Shown here: positions 1 to 17,229 of the stretch, one piece after another
Layout: the number at the start of each line of letters is the position of its first letter
Numbering within the stretch: the stretch's first letter is position 1
Assembly (NCBI GenBank): GCA_012295275.1
Contig: CM022675.1
Location: forward strand, 5,332,001-5,396,000
DNA length: 64,000 bases
Reading direction: 5' to 3'
DNA from: Chrysomallon squamiferum
Lineage: Eukaryota > Animalia > Mollusca
Program-made: the position numbers and the translations under genes
Notes under the pieces: model-generated
Told to the model about the DNA's origin: nothing
The model's input: only the letters and a program-made list of their open reading frames with translations
Databases searched by the model: none

Positions 1-319
1 AGAGACAGACAGAGGATAGAGAGACAGACAGACGGATAGAGAGACAGACAGACAGATACATGTAGACAGTGACACAGACATAGTGACAGATATAGATACA
101 CTTTGTTCCTTTGTTTGCGTTTTCGTTTTTATAGCGCAGCACCTTAACTAAACTAGTTATTAATAAAAACAAGACGAACAAATTAAAAATACAAATTTAA
201 TCTTCGTAATAAATATTTTTTTTACAAATTCGTCTCTCTGGAATTTTTTTTTTATGTACACATACCAACATACATACACACATACGTACACACATACATA
301 TACATACACACATACGTAT

Positions 320-690
320 ATAAACCACGCCCTGTTCACGGACCAATTGATCAGGAAAAAACCAATCGGTAGCGATAATCATTAAATCAGTTCCTGGTTT
401 CATTGTGACGTCATTGCGATCCGAGAGAATATTTTCGTAATATTCCGTTCATGATTAGAAAGCACTTTCATTTTATTTTATTTTATTTTATTTTTATTTT
501 TTGTTTGTTCATACCTGCTTAAAACAGTAAATCAAGAACCACTTTATATTTATATGACATATTCACTTAAAAAAAAAAACCCACACACTTTAACTAACCT
601 CTAACAAATTCGTCGTTTTGCTTAGAGTAACAGTAAAAGCGATCTCGCTGTTTTTCACATTCAGCTTCAAACGGGGAATTCCCTTTCCTA
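320..690. promoter_or_regulatory. Candidate cis-regulatory cluster (GC box, CCAAT, CRE, kB site)
   Basis: ccacgccc about 325, ccaat about 362, TGACGTCA 406-413, GGGAATTCCC 674-683; motif presence only. Confidence 0.3.
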
Positions 691-869
691 GAATACCGAC
701 AGAATCTTTTCGAATTTTATTGTTATTCATGTTTAAAACAACTTTATATTTCACATGTGCTTGATAGTATATAATATTTTATATATTTGGCTGAAAACCA
801 GATACTTTATTGTGTTTTATATATCCGATTTGAACGAGAGCACTTACAGTTTACAAAATCTGTGTGTGC

Positions 870-926
<57 letters not shown>

Positions 927-1962
927 GTGTTGTTTGTTTGTTTTTTTAAATCTTTTTAATTAAGAATATCCACAGTTATTCCAGTTTGGTTAGTAGAGAA
1001 AAGAAGAAAAAAATACATAAAGAACGAAAGAAAGATGATGAAAAATTATGGAAGAAAGATAGACGGAGAAAAGAAAAGAAAGAAAGAATGAGAGAAAGAA
1101 AAGTAAATAAAGAAATAATTTAAATGAATAAGAATGGAAAAAAAAAGGTTAAAAGAATAAGAAAGAAATAGAGAAAGAAAGAAAGAATGATAAAATGAAA
1201 AAAGAGAAAAGAAGAATTTAACCAACGAATGAATGAAAGCAAAATAAAGAAACGAAAGAAAGCATGAAACAAACAAAACATGAAAAGAAACAGGACAAAG
1301 AATAAAACAGAAAGACAGAAAAGTAATAAATGAATGACTGAAAAATAAAGAAAATAAACAAATAAAAATATTATAGAAATCAATGAAAAAAAAAAAAGAA
1401 AAAGCAGAACGGACCAAAACAAATAACAAAAGGAGGAGAGATAAAGAAATAACATGTATATATATATATAAAATTGTATACTTATTGCAAAGCATTAATT
1501 ATTATAGCGAGATATTATTAGGTAATATATTTGTGTATCACTTGGGAATTGTATCTAATTTTCTGTTACGGGATAATCACAAAAGTATATTATTCACAGG
1601 CATCCAGATAAGTTACACACACACACGCACACACACACACAGACACACACACACGCACACTCGCAAGAACACACACACATACATACACACACTCACAAAC
1701 TGAAACATTCACATACGCACATACATATAAGGTATATTTAACCTATATACGTTTATATTCATGGATGAAATTTTCTGTATGGTACTATACAACCACAGCT
1801 TTTGTTGATATTACTGAATTCGAGTGAAACCAAGAAGCGATATGTAAATGAATATTGTTTGACCCATAGACATATTATATACACACACAAACATACGTAA
1901 GCAGGCACATACTTAAGCATACATTCAAATGGGCTGGACTATACGCGCAGGCACACACACAC

Positions 1963-2004
<42 letters not shown>

Positions 2005-2213
2005 CATACACCCTCACTTAAATACAGAGATATATCTCTCGTTACAAAGATCGGAGAAACATATTTTCCAAGTACCTTTGTTATGTGTACAAATAGAAGT
2101 AAATTAACTGTAATGATAAACACGATGTTAACAGAAATAAAAACACGATGATAAAACTTATAAAAGTTAGGATAATGCATCTCATTCTTTTTGTTCTCTC
2201 TCTCGTTTTTTTT

Positions 2214-2250
<37 letters not shown>

Positions 2251-2257
2251 CTCTCTC

Positions 2258-2333
<76 letters not shown>

Positions 2334-2699
2334 AGTCAAAATTTATTTGTTTTCCTTTTTGTTTCATTATGTTAATTTTCTTTTTCGTATGTTTTCTATT
2401 CAGTTATTCATGCCTGACACACGTTATAAAAATGTTTACATAAACCTATGTTAAATATAGTCTGTTATTTTAATGTAATTCAGGTATAGCGTTTTATGTT
2501 ATGTTATTCTGTAGCTTCAGTCTATGCCACTGTTTAACATTCACATACACCACAGCATACAATCCATGAACATCAACTGTATAAAATCAGTTCACATCAC
2601 AGAATAAATCCGCATATAATAATACTTCATTTATTTAAACAGTTTCATTAATTCATTCGTTCCATTTAATGTCGTTCATGGATAAAACTGTTGATGTAA

Positions 2700-3340
2700 G
2701 CATCGTGTAAGATAAATTACATTTAGAAGGCGGATAAGTTTTCTTATATTTATGACATATCATCTAGATATATTTTTGTATATTGTCCATCTATACCACG
2801 ACAAAGCATGTAGAAATATTACTGTATAGCACACACCTATACTGATGTAAAGATATTGTGTTGTATTATAGTACAGCATCCATCTATACCACTGTAGTAT
2901 CCATATATATTTCTGGGTGAAATCCATCCACGTCATTATATAGGATCAAGAGATATAACTATATCATTTCCATCTTTGCTACTCATTAGTATCCGTATTT
3001 TTCACTGTATAATACGCATCTACACTATTGTAAACCATCAAGAGATGTTATTATATAGCATCCGTCTATACTATAATATAGTATTCATATATATCACTGT
3101 GTTATATCCATTTATATTACGGGGTGATATCCATCTAAACCGCTGTAAAGCATCCAGAGATATTATTGTATAGCATCCATATACATTACAATATAGCATC
3201 CATCTATGCCATAATATAGCATCTATATATATATCATAGTTTAGTATCCACATACATTACTGGATAATATTCAGCTATCTCACTGTATAGCATCCGGACA
3301 TATTATTGTATATCATCGTCCGTCTATACCATTGTCTGTT
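2700..3340. repeat. Degenerate tandem repeat (atccatctatac.actgtatagc-like)
   Basis: Recurring catccatcta/actgta motifs. Confidence 0.55.
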
Positions 3341-4359
3341 GTCCGTTATCTATGTCAATCCAGAAAATACTCCCCCTCCTCTGTTGTCTCCCTTCTGTTG
3401 TCTTCTTGTTGCCTAGCGACCACTGAGGTCCCGTTCTTATTATAGGATCTGAAGAGAAAACAGAGAGATTTAGAAAAACTACTGAGTTATATTTTAATAT
3501 ATAAACATATATACACACACACATACACATATTTACATACATACATATATACATACATACATACATACATACATACATACATACATACATACATACATAC
3601 ATACATACATTCATACATACATACATTCATACATACATACACATACATTCATACATACACATACATACATACATACATACACATACAACACGGACGCAAA
3701 CACACACACACACACACACACACGAAGACAGACAGACAGATAAAAAGGCAGATAATGCAAATAAAAATCAAGAGAAAAGCTAAATGTAGGAGAAGGAAAG
3801 AAAGGAATAATTCAAGAAACAAAGAAGAAGAAATAAGAAAAAGCGAAAGAAAAGAAAAATAACAAGAATGGTGATTATCTAACAAAATAAAAGGAAATAA
3901 ATTTCGAGAACACTGAACAAAGACATTTTATTATTATTTTTAAATAATAATATATTTTTTTTATGTTTTTTTACATAAAAAAAAAAGAGAAGAAATATTA
4001 CATCCTTAAAAATATTAATTTAACATAAAACTTAAAACCTAAGTATAAGACGAAAAGAAAAATCGAACTTTTGTTATCACAATAACGTCATTAACATAAT
4101 TATATACTTTGCAAAAATAATTTCGCTAAAATAAGCATGATTCACAATTCGTTATCTAAGATCGATGATGACTGTGGTAAAACATAACATCACGAGAAAA
4201 TAGATTAAGACTTTATTTCGTTTGCAGACAGAAATCTCTCAGTTTTATTTTAAAGAAAAAGCCATTACGTGTTATGACGTAGACTCGCAAACGACAGCGC
4301 TGTATGACGCCGATTTAGGAACTACTACAACAACGTCTGTTAAATTATTAACGATCGTA

Positions 4360-4418
<59 letters not shown>

Positions 4419-4439
4419 TCATGTATTTTTAGTATGTTC

Positions 4440-4850
4440 ATTTACGTTATTTTTACTGATATTTTATTTTAGACTTTTTTCCGATATATTATTATTTATG
4501 TATTCTTACCGATATATTATTTTTTACCTATTTGTACTAATATATTGACTTAGATTTTTGCTTATATATTATTATTTACATATATTTACCGATATTACAA
4601 TACGTATTTTTACTGATATTATTATTTACATATATTTACCGATATTATTTTACGTATTTTTACTGATATTATTTTACGTATGTTTACTGATATTATTTTA
4701 CGTATTTTTACCGATATTATTTTACGTATTTTTACTGATATTATTTTACGTATTTTTACTGATATTATTTTACGTATTTTTTACTGATATATACCTTCAC
4801 GTATTTTTACTGACGTATTATTATTTACGTATTTTCACTGATATATTATT
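4440..4850. repeat. 24-bp minisatellite (tttttactgatattattttacgta)
   Basis: Tandem copies visible; explains the repetitive ORF 4558-5175. Confidence 0.8.
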
Positions 4851-4959
4851 CATATCAAACACAGCTATGGTAGTGATGATAATGGCTGCCGTTTTAGTCC
4901 TAATAGTAAAAAATAATGGTACTAGTGTTAGCATAGTTGTATTAGTGGTGATAATAGAA

Positions 4960-7243
<2,284 letters not shown>

Positions 7244-7808
7244 GAGCGGTTTTGTTTCTAAAATAGAACCAGGTTTCTCTGGAAAATAAACCAGTTTATT
7301 GTTGAAGATACAGGCAATTACGTATTGAAGTTAAGATCAGATTAGCTTTGAAGATAAATTTCATATTCTTCATTTAAGTCTTCTACAGGCTTTAATATCT
7401 CTGAACAGAATGAAGATTTTTATTTAATTGCTTTCAAATTTTGTTTGTAAGTTTCTAATTGTTTATTGATTATTTCTTTGTTTAGACGTGCGTTCATTTG
7501 TTTAATTTTTGATTAGACGGATTAATTTTTATTGTTTTTCCACATTTTTAAATAAATAAATATAATTTTATAGAATTATTGTTGTGAATTTTTAATCAGT
7601 GATGTTTAGTTTAATAGCATTAATGCTACGGGACATAAATTTTGCACACGAAGACAAAGACAGACATTCACAGACAGAGAAAGGGATGTTGACAAAGACA
7701 AAAGTGAAAAAGAATGAGAGGGATAAAGAGGGAAAGAAAAGGAAAGAAAGATCGACCTTTCTTCATTCGTTCGTTAATGGCTTCCTTCGTCATACATATA
7801 TACATATT

Positions 7809-8125
<317 letters not shown>

Positions 8126-9192
8126 AACTTCGTGTCACAGAACAATTCATACTTCAGGCTGAAGAGCTTACTAAGGGGAGTCACTTATGTTTCTATTGAT
8201 TTTTGTTGATGTGCTTTTTTCGTTTAGCCATCCACCACGGGATTTACTTCGATTTCTCATTTAATATTTTTTTTAATTTCTGCGAGTGAATTCTCTCGCT
8301 ATACTCTTTGGTACTGGGAATTATCTGTCAGGCAAGTTTATTTAATAACTATGCCTTCGTTATGAAAAATAGTAATTTGTGACTCCATTTAATAATACAA
8401 AGACTGTTTTAAACATAAAAAATATTCACAATCTATTTCATGTTTTGTCAAAATTATAGTCATTATTATGGTCACCATCGTGATACTTGTTTGCACTGTT
8501 TCGATTATCGTCATCGACTTGATTATTATCATTATCAAAACAGCATCATTATTATCACCGGCATCGAAATCATCAGAAATATATAACATCACAATGATTA
8601 TAAAGACATTGAATATTTTCAAGTTGTTTTATTTTACAGTTTTTAGTGATTTGTTTAATTTTGTATTCTTATTTATTTTGCTTTTACTGTAATTAACTTT
8701 TCTCCCTCATCCAGTCTTAATTTGTAGAAAGAAAAGAGTACGATTGAAATTTGGTGCCGCCATTTTCCTATGCTGTGACGTCATGACATACGCAGTGATC
8801 GATTTCCTCTAAAGTTTCTTACGTCTGAAAAAAAAAAAAAAATATAACTATTATTATTTATCTTAGTTATCTGATAGAAGTAGCTTATAAATAAGTAAAA
8901 ACTTCAGTTCACCACGGACGTAATGCCCTCAAGACTCGGGTTACAAAAGAATAAAATGGCGGCATTCAAATGTTTTGTGACAGTATAACGTTCCTTTCCT
9001 GCTTGGTTGTGAATGTCAGATAATAACTTAGAAGTACAGTTTAAGAAATTTTATTACACTAGATTTTCAGAAATTTTAAACTTGTATTCTTTCCAGGAAT
9101 GAGCTGTAATAAGTTTTTATTAAAAAATATAATAATAAAAAAAAAAAATAAAAAAGAAAAAAAAGACAGTATCGTACAATTGATTATTATTA

Positions 9193-9252
<60 letters not shown>

Positions 9253-9404
9253 ATTATTGTTATTGTAGTTGTTTTAAATAGAAAAGTACTAATAACAACT
9301 GTAATTACTAAAGCAGCAGCAGTAGTAGTAGTAGTAATGTAACAGCAACAGTAGCATTTCTGGTAGCAGTAACAGTCGCAGTAACAGTGACTGCTATTGT
9401 AGAG

Positions 9405-9760
9405 TAGTAAAATAATAGTTATAGCGATAGCAATGTTTATGTCTTATAGTAATACTTCAAGTAGTATAATAATAGTAACAGCAGTAGGAATGTTTGTGTC
9501 CTATAGTAATACTTCAAGTTGTAAAATAATAGTTACAGCAGTAGGAATGTTTATGTGTTATAGTAATACTTCAAGTAGTAAAATAATAGTTATAGCAGTA
9601 GGAATGTTTATGTCTTATAGTAATACTTCCAAGTAGTAAAATAATAGTTATAGCAGTAGGAATGTTTATGTCTTATAGTAATACTTCAAGTAGTAAAATA
9701 ATAGTTATAGCAGAAGGAATAGTTATTTCTTATAGTAAAACTTCAAGTAATCATGTGAAA
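9405..9760 (+). repeat. 57-bp minisatellite (gtaggaatgtttatgtcttatagtaatacttc(a/c)agtagtaaaataatagttatagca)
   Basis: About 6 tandem copies; same family as in the 1.6-kb array. Confidence 0.85.
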
Positions 9761-9906
9761 TATTACAACAAGAAATAGCATTAGTAGCTATAATAACAGT
9801 AATCATGACGATGATGATAATTATAATGATGATGATAATGATGACGAAAACAATGATAATTAATAATAAATAATAATAACATTACTACAACAACAACTAC
9901 TACTAC

Positions 9907-10002
<96 letters not shown>

Positions 10003-10338
10003 CGACTACATTAAAATAAGTTGTAGTGGTGGTATAGGTGAGGCAGTATAAACAATAACAATATCTTTAACAAGAACAATTTTGTATTTTATATTCTTTC
10101 TTCGATTAGATTTATGCTGAATTCGCTGGAGCATGTAGAACAGATATATTATTAAATGCACTCACAAAACGAAATTCTGCTCATCGAACACAGTATTTGT
10201 ATTTGAAAAGAGGAAAACGAGAAATCACTTGAATATTTTATTATTGACGTTAGAGATGGATCTTTCAAGGCCACTGTTCTGGATCTGTTTTGAAGTATTT
10301 CTTCTTCTTCTTCTTCTTCTTTTTATTATTATTATTAC

Positions 10339-10479
<141 letters not shown>

Positions 10480-11018
10480 CTGTTTCATTGTCGTTTTACT
10501 TGGAAACATTTTTAACATAAGTTCGTTACATTTTGGATAATTTTCTATTCACTTCCGTTGTTGTATAGTTATATATAATTAATTTAATTACATTATTTAC
10601 AGAAAATATAAATTTATCCATTTATTAAATGTTTATTTTAATCAGTTTCATGCGATTTATAAATATATATATATGGCTGGATGGTGCGATCTACATGTTG
10701 CTGTTGTTGTTGATTCTGTTGTTGTTATTCGTGGCAGAAGTAGTAGTGGTAATAATGTTAGCAGAAACATCACAAATGTACAAAAAATGAAATAGTATTA
10801 ATAATGATAGTTGAAATAGTGTTAGTTATAGTAGTATTAGTAGTGGCAGTAACTGTACTAGAAGTTGCAATAGCTAGTGTTGTTGTAGCAGCAACAGCAT
10901 CAACTCAAGCCGCAGTTGTAGTTGTAGTGGTCGTAGTGAAAGTGATGATAATAATAAAAGTAGTAATAATCTTGAATCAAAAAATCCGGCAAATCCAGAA
11001 ATACAGAGCACCTGCGAT

Positions 11019-11110
11019 TTCATGACGTGGAGTTGAAACTGCATGTCTCGATGTGTCACACCCATCACCCGCGTAACAAAGAAAAAATAAATATAGAATT
11101 TTTATTTCAT
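11019..11110 (-). pseudogene. Inverted 5' fragment of the PAN exon
   Basis: Minus strand reads MK*KFYIYFFFVTRVMGVTHRDMQFQLHVMK, homologous to the exon1 start ([16 protein letters not shown]); early stop, truncated. Confidence 0.7.
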
Positions 11111-11805
11111 TTTTTTAAATCGAATTTTATGATAACTATCCAAGTCAATTTACATTACCGCCTGAAGTAATTTAGTCTGTTGTTAATAATTTAGACGTCA
11201 TTTTCCTTTGAAAGTCACAACCGTTTCATCCAGCTTTTAAACACAAAGTGTTACCATTGTACGTCCCACGGAAATGCCTTAAAAATGTATGAGACAAATT
11301 AATATGACTTTCTTTTATAGATTTTTCTGTCTGTCAAGACGGAGTAAAGTGTGACACACACAAAACAAATTGACATAACGATTCTTCCTTTCTTTGGCGT
11401 AATTGGTGCTATAGAACAAAATATCTGCTCTGTAATTTAAGAGTCGAAGATAGAGTAAGAGTGTATGATCGATTTAGTGGATTGGAAATGATAGATCTGG
11501 AATGATATAAATATTACTGGAACAAGTTTTCTGTTTTAAAACTTGGTCAATTGCTGTCTTGTATAATCAGAAAGGAATTATTGTCCTAGATACATTTCTG
11601 AAATAGGCTTTTTTTTTACGAAATAAACATAATTATGTACTCTCATCATCATTATTGTTTATATCTAGATCTATATCAGCATCTACATCATTTTATATAT
11701 CTGTAGCTGTCTATCAGTTAATTAATTTATCTATCTATCAATAATAATAATAATAATAACAATAATAATATCAATAATAATAGTTATTCTTATTGTTATT
11801 ATCAC

Positions 11806-11875
<70 letters not shown>

Positions 11876-12142
11876 TGTGCTGTTCGGGTTATTAATATTA
11901 TTTTTGCTACTCATAGCTATTCATCTTACTTGTTACTAATAGGAAGACATCAATCAATTGATCTTTATTGAAAACAAAGCTCTCTATGTTAATTTAAAAA
12001 AAAAATTGTTTCTCACTTTTTTGAGACTTTAGGAAGAGATACACAATAAGTGTTAGCTACTTCTCTTAAAAATAGAAACAATACAGAGAAGCTAAATGAT
12101 TTTTTTTTATCATTCTGTTTGATACAGTTTCTTTTCTTTGAG

Positions 12143-12265
<123 letters not shown>

Positions 12266-12625
12266 CCTGAATGAATGAACGAATGAATAAATTTAATAAA
12301 CGGGAAATTTGAGCTTGAATATTATCATTAACACAGAAATTTTGAAATCAGTACAATGATATCCAGTAAACGGATAATCTCTTCAAAAAATCATTCGGTG
12401 TTTAAATACCTTTAGTTCTGCTCTTAACTATATAACTAGTGGTAGGCAATAACTTTGGCTGTCGATGAGTTTTTGCTGTTTAGTCAATACTAATGGCAAC
12501 AAAATTTTAGGAATACACTAATTAAGATAATACAGAACAACAAAAAAATACCAGAACATTTTACTATACCACTGCTTTCAGAAATTTCAGACAGTCTTAA
12601 AATTTTTTTTTTTTTAAATTTAGAA

Positions 12626-12901
12626 ATGAAAATTTCAGGATTTTATATCTTATTCGTTAATCACGTCATAGGTGTGATACATCGAGACATGGAATTTCGA
12701 AACCACGTCATGACCAAGACGTCTCAGTCATCGTTGTATGACTGTTCTGCTGCCTGTGTAGCTGATATGTGTTGTGAATCTTTTAACTTCTTCACGTCTA
12801 CCCTGGAGTGTCAACTCAACTACAAAAGAAAGGAAGAAAGTTCACAAGATTTTGTCACAAAGAAAGGATCAATTTACCAAGACAAAGATTCTATAGACAA
12901 G
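12626..12901 (+). CDS. Copy B exon 1: putative signal peptide + PAN/apple-like domain
   Basis: [16 protein letters not shown]...[31 protein letters not shown]...GSIY fits the PAN CxxxC..CxSFNF..CxL..GxxY pattern; donor gtgag at 12902. Confidence 0.8.
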
Positions 12902-13380
12902 GTGAGATATTTTTATTTTGTGCTTATTTTTATATAGCTTCTACTACTACTACTACTGCTACTAGTATAATTACTGCTATTGTTACTACTACTTCTGTTA
13001 CAGTTAGTACTATCGCGATTACTTTTACTACTACTATTAGTACAATTACTTTTAAGACTACTACTGCGATTACCGCTGCTTTTACTACAATAATCACAGT
13101 TCCTTCACAACTAGTATTATTAATACTGCTAGTACTACTAGAACTACTACAACAACTCTTTTATTATTATTATTACAATTACTCCTACTACTGTTATTGT
13201 TACTATGAGTAAAGCTACTACAAGTAATATTGTATTGTTAATATTACTATAGATACAGTTATGACGACTATTTTACTACTATTATTTTATTAGTGCTAGT
13301 TGTGGATTATTTATTTATTTATTTATTTATCTATTTATTTTTATTTAGATTTACTTTTATTTATATTTATTATTATAATT

Positions 13381-13419
<39 letters not shown>

Positions 13420-13717
13420 ATTATTATTATTATTATTATTATGTGGGATTTTTTTTTTTTTTTTTTTTTATTTGCAGACTGTATCTGGAATTTGTGGTAC
13501 GGACGTCTGTCTGTCGTATCAAAAATGTCAAGTCACACGTATGAATGATGCGAAATGTGTATCACGTGACAGTGACGTAACACCATCAGCTACACAACCC
13601 TCCACTGGTAAATGTAATTTAGACAAAGCACTGATAGACACATTTGTTTTGTTCGTTTTCTGGATGAACGAATAACTTAGTCTACTAAAAGTGTTCAAAC
13701 ATAGAAACATATATATG

Positions 13718-13815
<98 letters not shown>

Positions 13816-14331
13816 CACATATATGTATGTATGTATGAAAGTAAGTAACAAAAATATCAAGGAATAGTATGTAAGTTTATAATCAAATTATGATATAACA
13901 TTTCCTCTAATTAACATATTTATATATTGGTTCATATTAAATAAGAAAATGTAGAATTGCATATTCTTGATAGGTTATGTTCCTGATGTGATGCGAAACT
14001 GCTATGACGTCATGGTGACGTTTCCATGCTCCGGGAATGCTGTATTCAAGTCATCTGAGGTCATCAACGTGCCAGCGTTTTGTGATATGTCAACTCTTAA
14101 TGGTGGTTGGTTGGTTAGTAGGAACCAGTCATTTTATAGTTATTTCATTTTATTAATTTATTATTCTTTCGATATTCATCTATTCATTTCTTCTTTCATC
14201 TATTCATCTATTCATTCGTTTGTTCATTTATTTAGTGATATCTTTTTTATTATTGTAACTTTATTTGTTTCCATTAGAAAAATTATATGTAACTGTATAC
14301 AAACATAGACACACAGGTACATACATACATA

Positions 14332-14402
<71 letters not shown>

Positions 14403-15014
14403 CTATATATGTATATAAATATGCAAATATGTATGCATATATGCATACATACATAAAACACACATAAATACATACATGCACACATTTAGACAGAGAGAGA
14501 GTTACTTACTTATGTCCAATTGTGTCTTAAACTAATGAACATACATGGATACAAATATATATATATATATATTTACAAATATGTATATATATATTTACAT
14601 ATTTACAAATATGTATATATATGCATACATACGTAAAACACACATATATACATACATACCCATATACTTACCTACTTACTTACTAATGTCCATTTGTGTC
14701 TTAAACTAATGTACAGATTATACAAAGACGGATGGACGGATCTACAGACTTCTACAGAACATGGCAGGAATACAAGGAAGGATTTGGAGATGTAGAAAGA
14801 GAATACTGGTTGGGTAAGAAATTGTTTACTAGTTCATGAGATACTTCCATCAGATAACTGTGATAAATAATTTCTGTGTTTTGTACTTAAAGAAAAATGA
14901 TACCTCAATATAGAGTCTTAGAATATCATTATTTTTCTACTTCTTTTTCTTCTTCTTCTTCTTCTTCTTCTTCTTCTTCTTCTTCTTCTTCTTGTTATTA
15001 TTTATTATTACTAC

Positions 15015-15063
<49 letters not shown>

Positions 15064-15657
15064 GCTCTTCTTCAGGAAACGAGAACATCTACAAGATAAC
15101 AAGTAAACAGGAATACGAGCTACGTGTTGATCTAGAAGACTTTGAAGGAAACAAACGTTACGCGATGTACTCGACATTTTCACTGGGTAGTGAGGCGGAG
15201 AACTACACTCTACACATTGGATCTTACAGCGGAAACGCAGGTTGGTCTGGCATCAGTCAATAGAAACAATATAAAGATAGTCATGTATTATAATAGGCTG
15301 ATCATACAAAGTAATATCTATTTTACAATTTAGTGTAAATATTCCAGAGAAAATCTGTTATTCCGATCTCAAATTAGCCAGTATATTATTCTTTCTCTGA
15401 GGTACTTAATTTAGTAAAGCTTATTATTGTCCTATTTCAGTGTTAGCTATAAAAACAAGTTAAAACAGATTGAATGATTAGCTCAGTGATAATGCTAGTT
15501 CTATAAATGTTTTATATATTTATATTTGTATGTGTGTCTGTATCTGTGTCTGTATGGAGGTATATCTGTATAAGAAGATGTCCCTCTCTATCTATGTCTA
15601 TGTTCCTATGTGCGTCTGTGTAAGTTTGAATAGGGTTGGTGTCTGAGTATATATCTG

Positions 15658-15692
<35 letters not shown>

Positions 15693-16253
15693 TTCTATGT
15701 CAGTCTGTTTTTTTGTACGTACGTCTGTCAAATGTGTATCCGTGTGCCTTGGATTATAACTGGGATTCTGTCTTAATGTATTGATACATTTGTGCGTGTC
15801 TCTCTGTGTGGGGCCGTATATATAAACGTGTGAGTGATTCTGTATGTTAAAGATGGTATTTTAAGTCGTTGTACTTTTAGATATAAGTCGTTTTTGTCAA
15901 AAGTGAAAAAAAAAAATCGTACAAAGATTGCTCTGGCTATTATTTCGTAATAATAATGATAATTTCCAATTATACTTTTTTCCCGTTCCAAAGGTGACTC
16001 ACTTGCCTCGCACAATGCTCAGTCTTTTACAACTAAGGATAAGGATCAGGATACGTATTCTTCAAACTGTGCCCAAGTCTTTCATGGAGCGTGGTGGTAC
16101 GCAGCCTGTCACAGTTCAAATCTAAACGGTTTGTACCTGGGAGGTCTTACTACGGTATACGCGAAAGGAGTTACTTGGAGTTCGTGGAGAGGCCAGTACT
16201 ACTCCTTGAAGAGAACTGAAATGAAAATAAGACCACTTTTATCTGGAAATTAA
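12626..16253 (+). CDS. Intact PAN/apple-like + EGF-like + fibrinogen C-terminal domain protein (ficolin/tachylectin-like FReD), copy B, 355 aa
   Basis: Exons 12626-12901, 13478-13607, 13974-14113, 14717-14813, 15076-15240, 15994-16253, all GT-AG with consistent phases; 1068 nt open frame ending TAA. Confidence 0.9.
13478..13607 (+). CDS. Copy B exon 2: 4-Cys EGF-like module + Ser/Thr linker
   Basis: tttgcag|[43 protein letters not shown]|gtaaat. Confidence 0.8.
13974..14113 (+). CDS. Copy B exon 3: FBG domain N-terminal part
   Basis: MRNCYDV...[13 protein letters not shown]; ag/gt boundaries. Confidence 0.85.
14717..14813 (+). CDS. Copy B exon 4: FBG domain
   Basis: [33 protein letters not shown]. 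Confidence 0.9.
15076..15240 (+). CDS. Copy B exon 5: FBG domain
   Basis: [54 protein letters not shown]. Confidence 0.9.
15994..16253 (+). CDS. Copy B exon 6: FBG P-subdomain (Ca/ligand site) and stop
   Basis: [86 protein letters not shown]. Confidence 0.9.
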
Positions 16254-16841
16254 AACCAGTTTTCTGTTGAAAATAAACCAGTTTATTGTTGAAGATAGAC
16301 GCAATTACGTATTGAAGTTAAGATTAGATTAGCTTTGAACATAAATTTCATATTCTTGAATTAAGTCTTCTACAGGCTTTAATGTCTCTGGACAGTATGA
16401 AGATGTTTGTTTAATTGCTTTAAGATCGTGTATGTAAGATTTTAATTGTTTATTTATTATTTCTTTGTTTAGACGTGTGTTCATTTTTTTACTTTTTTCT
16501 TAGAGGGATTAATTTTTGTGATCTGTTTTGTTTTCACATTTTTAAATAAAAAAATATAATTTCATATAATTATTGTTGTGAATTTTTGATCAGTTGATGT
16601 TTAGTTTAATAACATTAATGCTATGGGACATAACATTTTGCACAGAAAGACAAAGACAGACATTGACAGAGACAAAGAAAGACACATTGACTCAGAGAAA
16701 AGTGAAAAAGAATGAGGGGATCAAGATGGAAAGAAAGGGAAAGAAAGATCAATCTTCCTTCATTCGTTCGTTAATGGGTTCCCTCGTCATACATACATAG
16801 ATTTATTCATACATATACATATACATATATATATATATCAT

Positions 16842-16872
<31 letters not shown>

Positions 16873-16876
16873 CATG

Positions 16877-17065
<189 letters not shown>

Positions 17066-17229
17066 CATCAAGCTTTGTTCTAATCATCTAACTGAACATT
17101 TCATAAATCCTATGAATATATCATGTCGGAAATAGTAGTAGTAGTAGTAATGGAATAGCAGCAGTAGTATTTCTGGTAGCAGTAACAGTCTTAGTAATAG
17201 TGACTGCTATTGTAGAGTAGTAAAATAAT

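Noticed and set aside
1046-2375. Hydrophobic and low-complexity ORFs here and throughout (poly-I/L/Y/N, ERER, CVCV)
   Set aside because: Translations of (TAT)n, (AG)n, (AC)n and purine-rich tracts.
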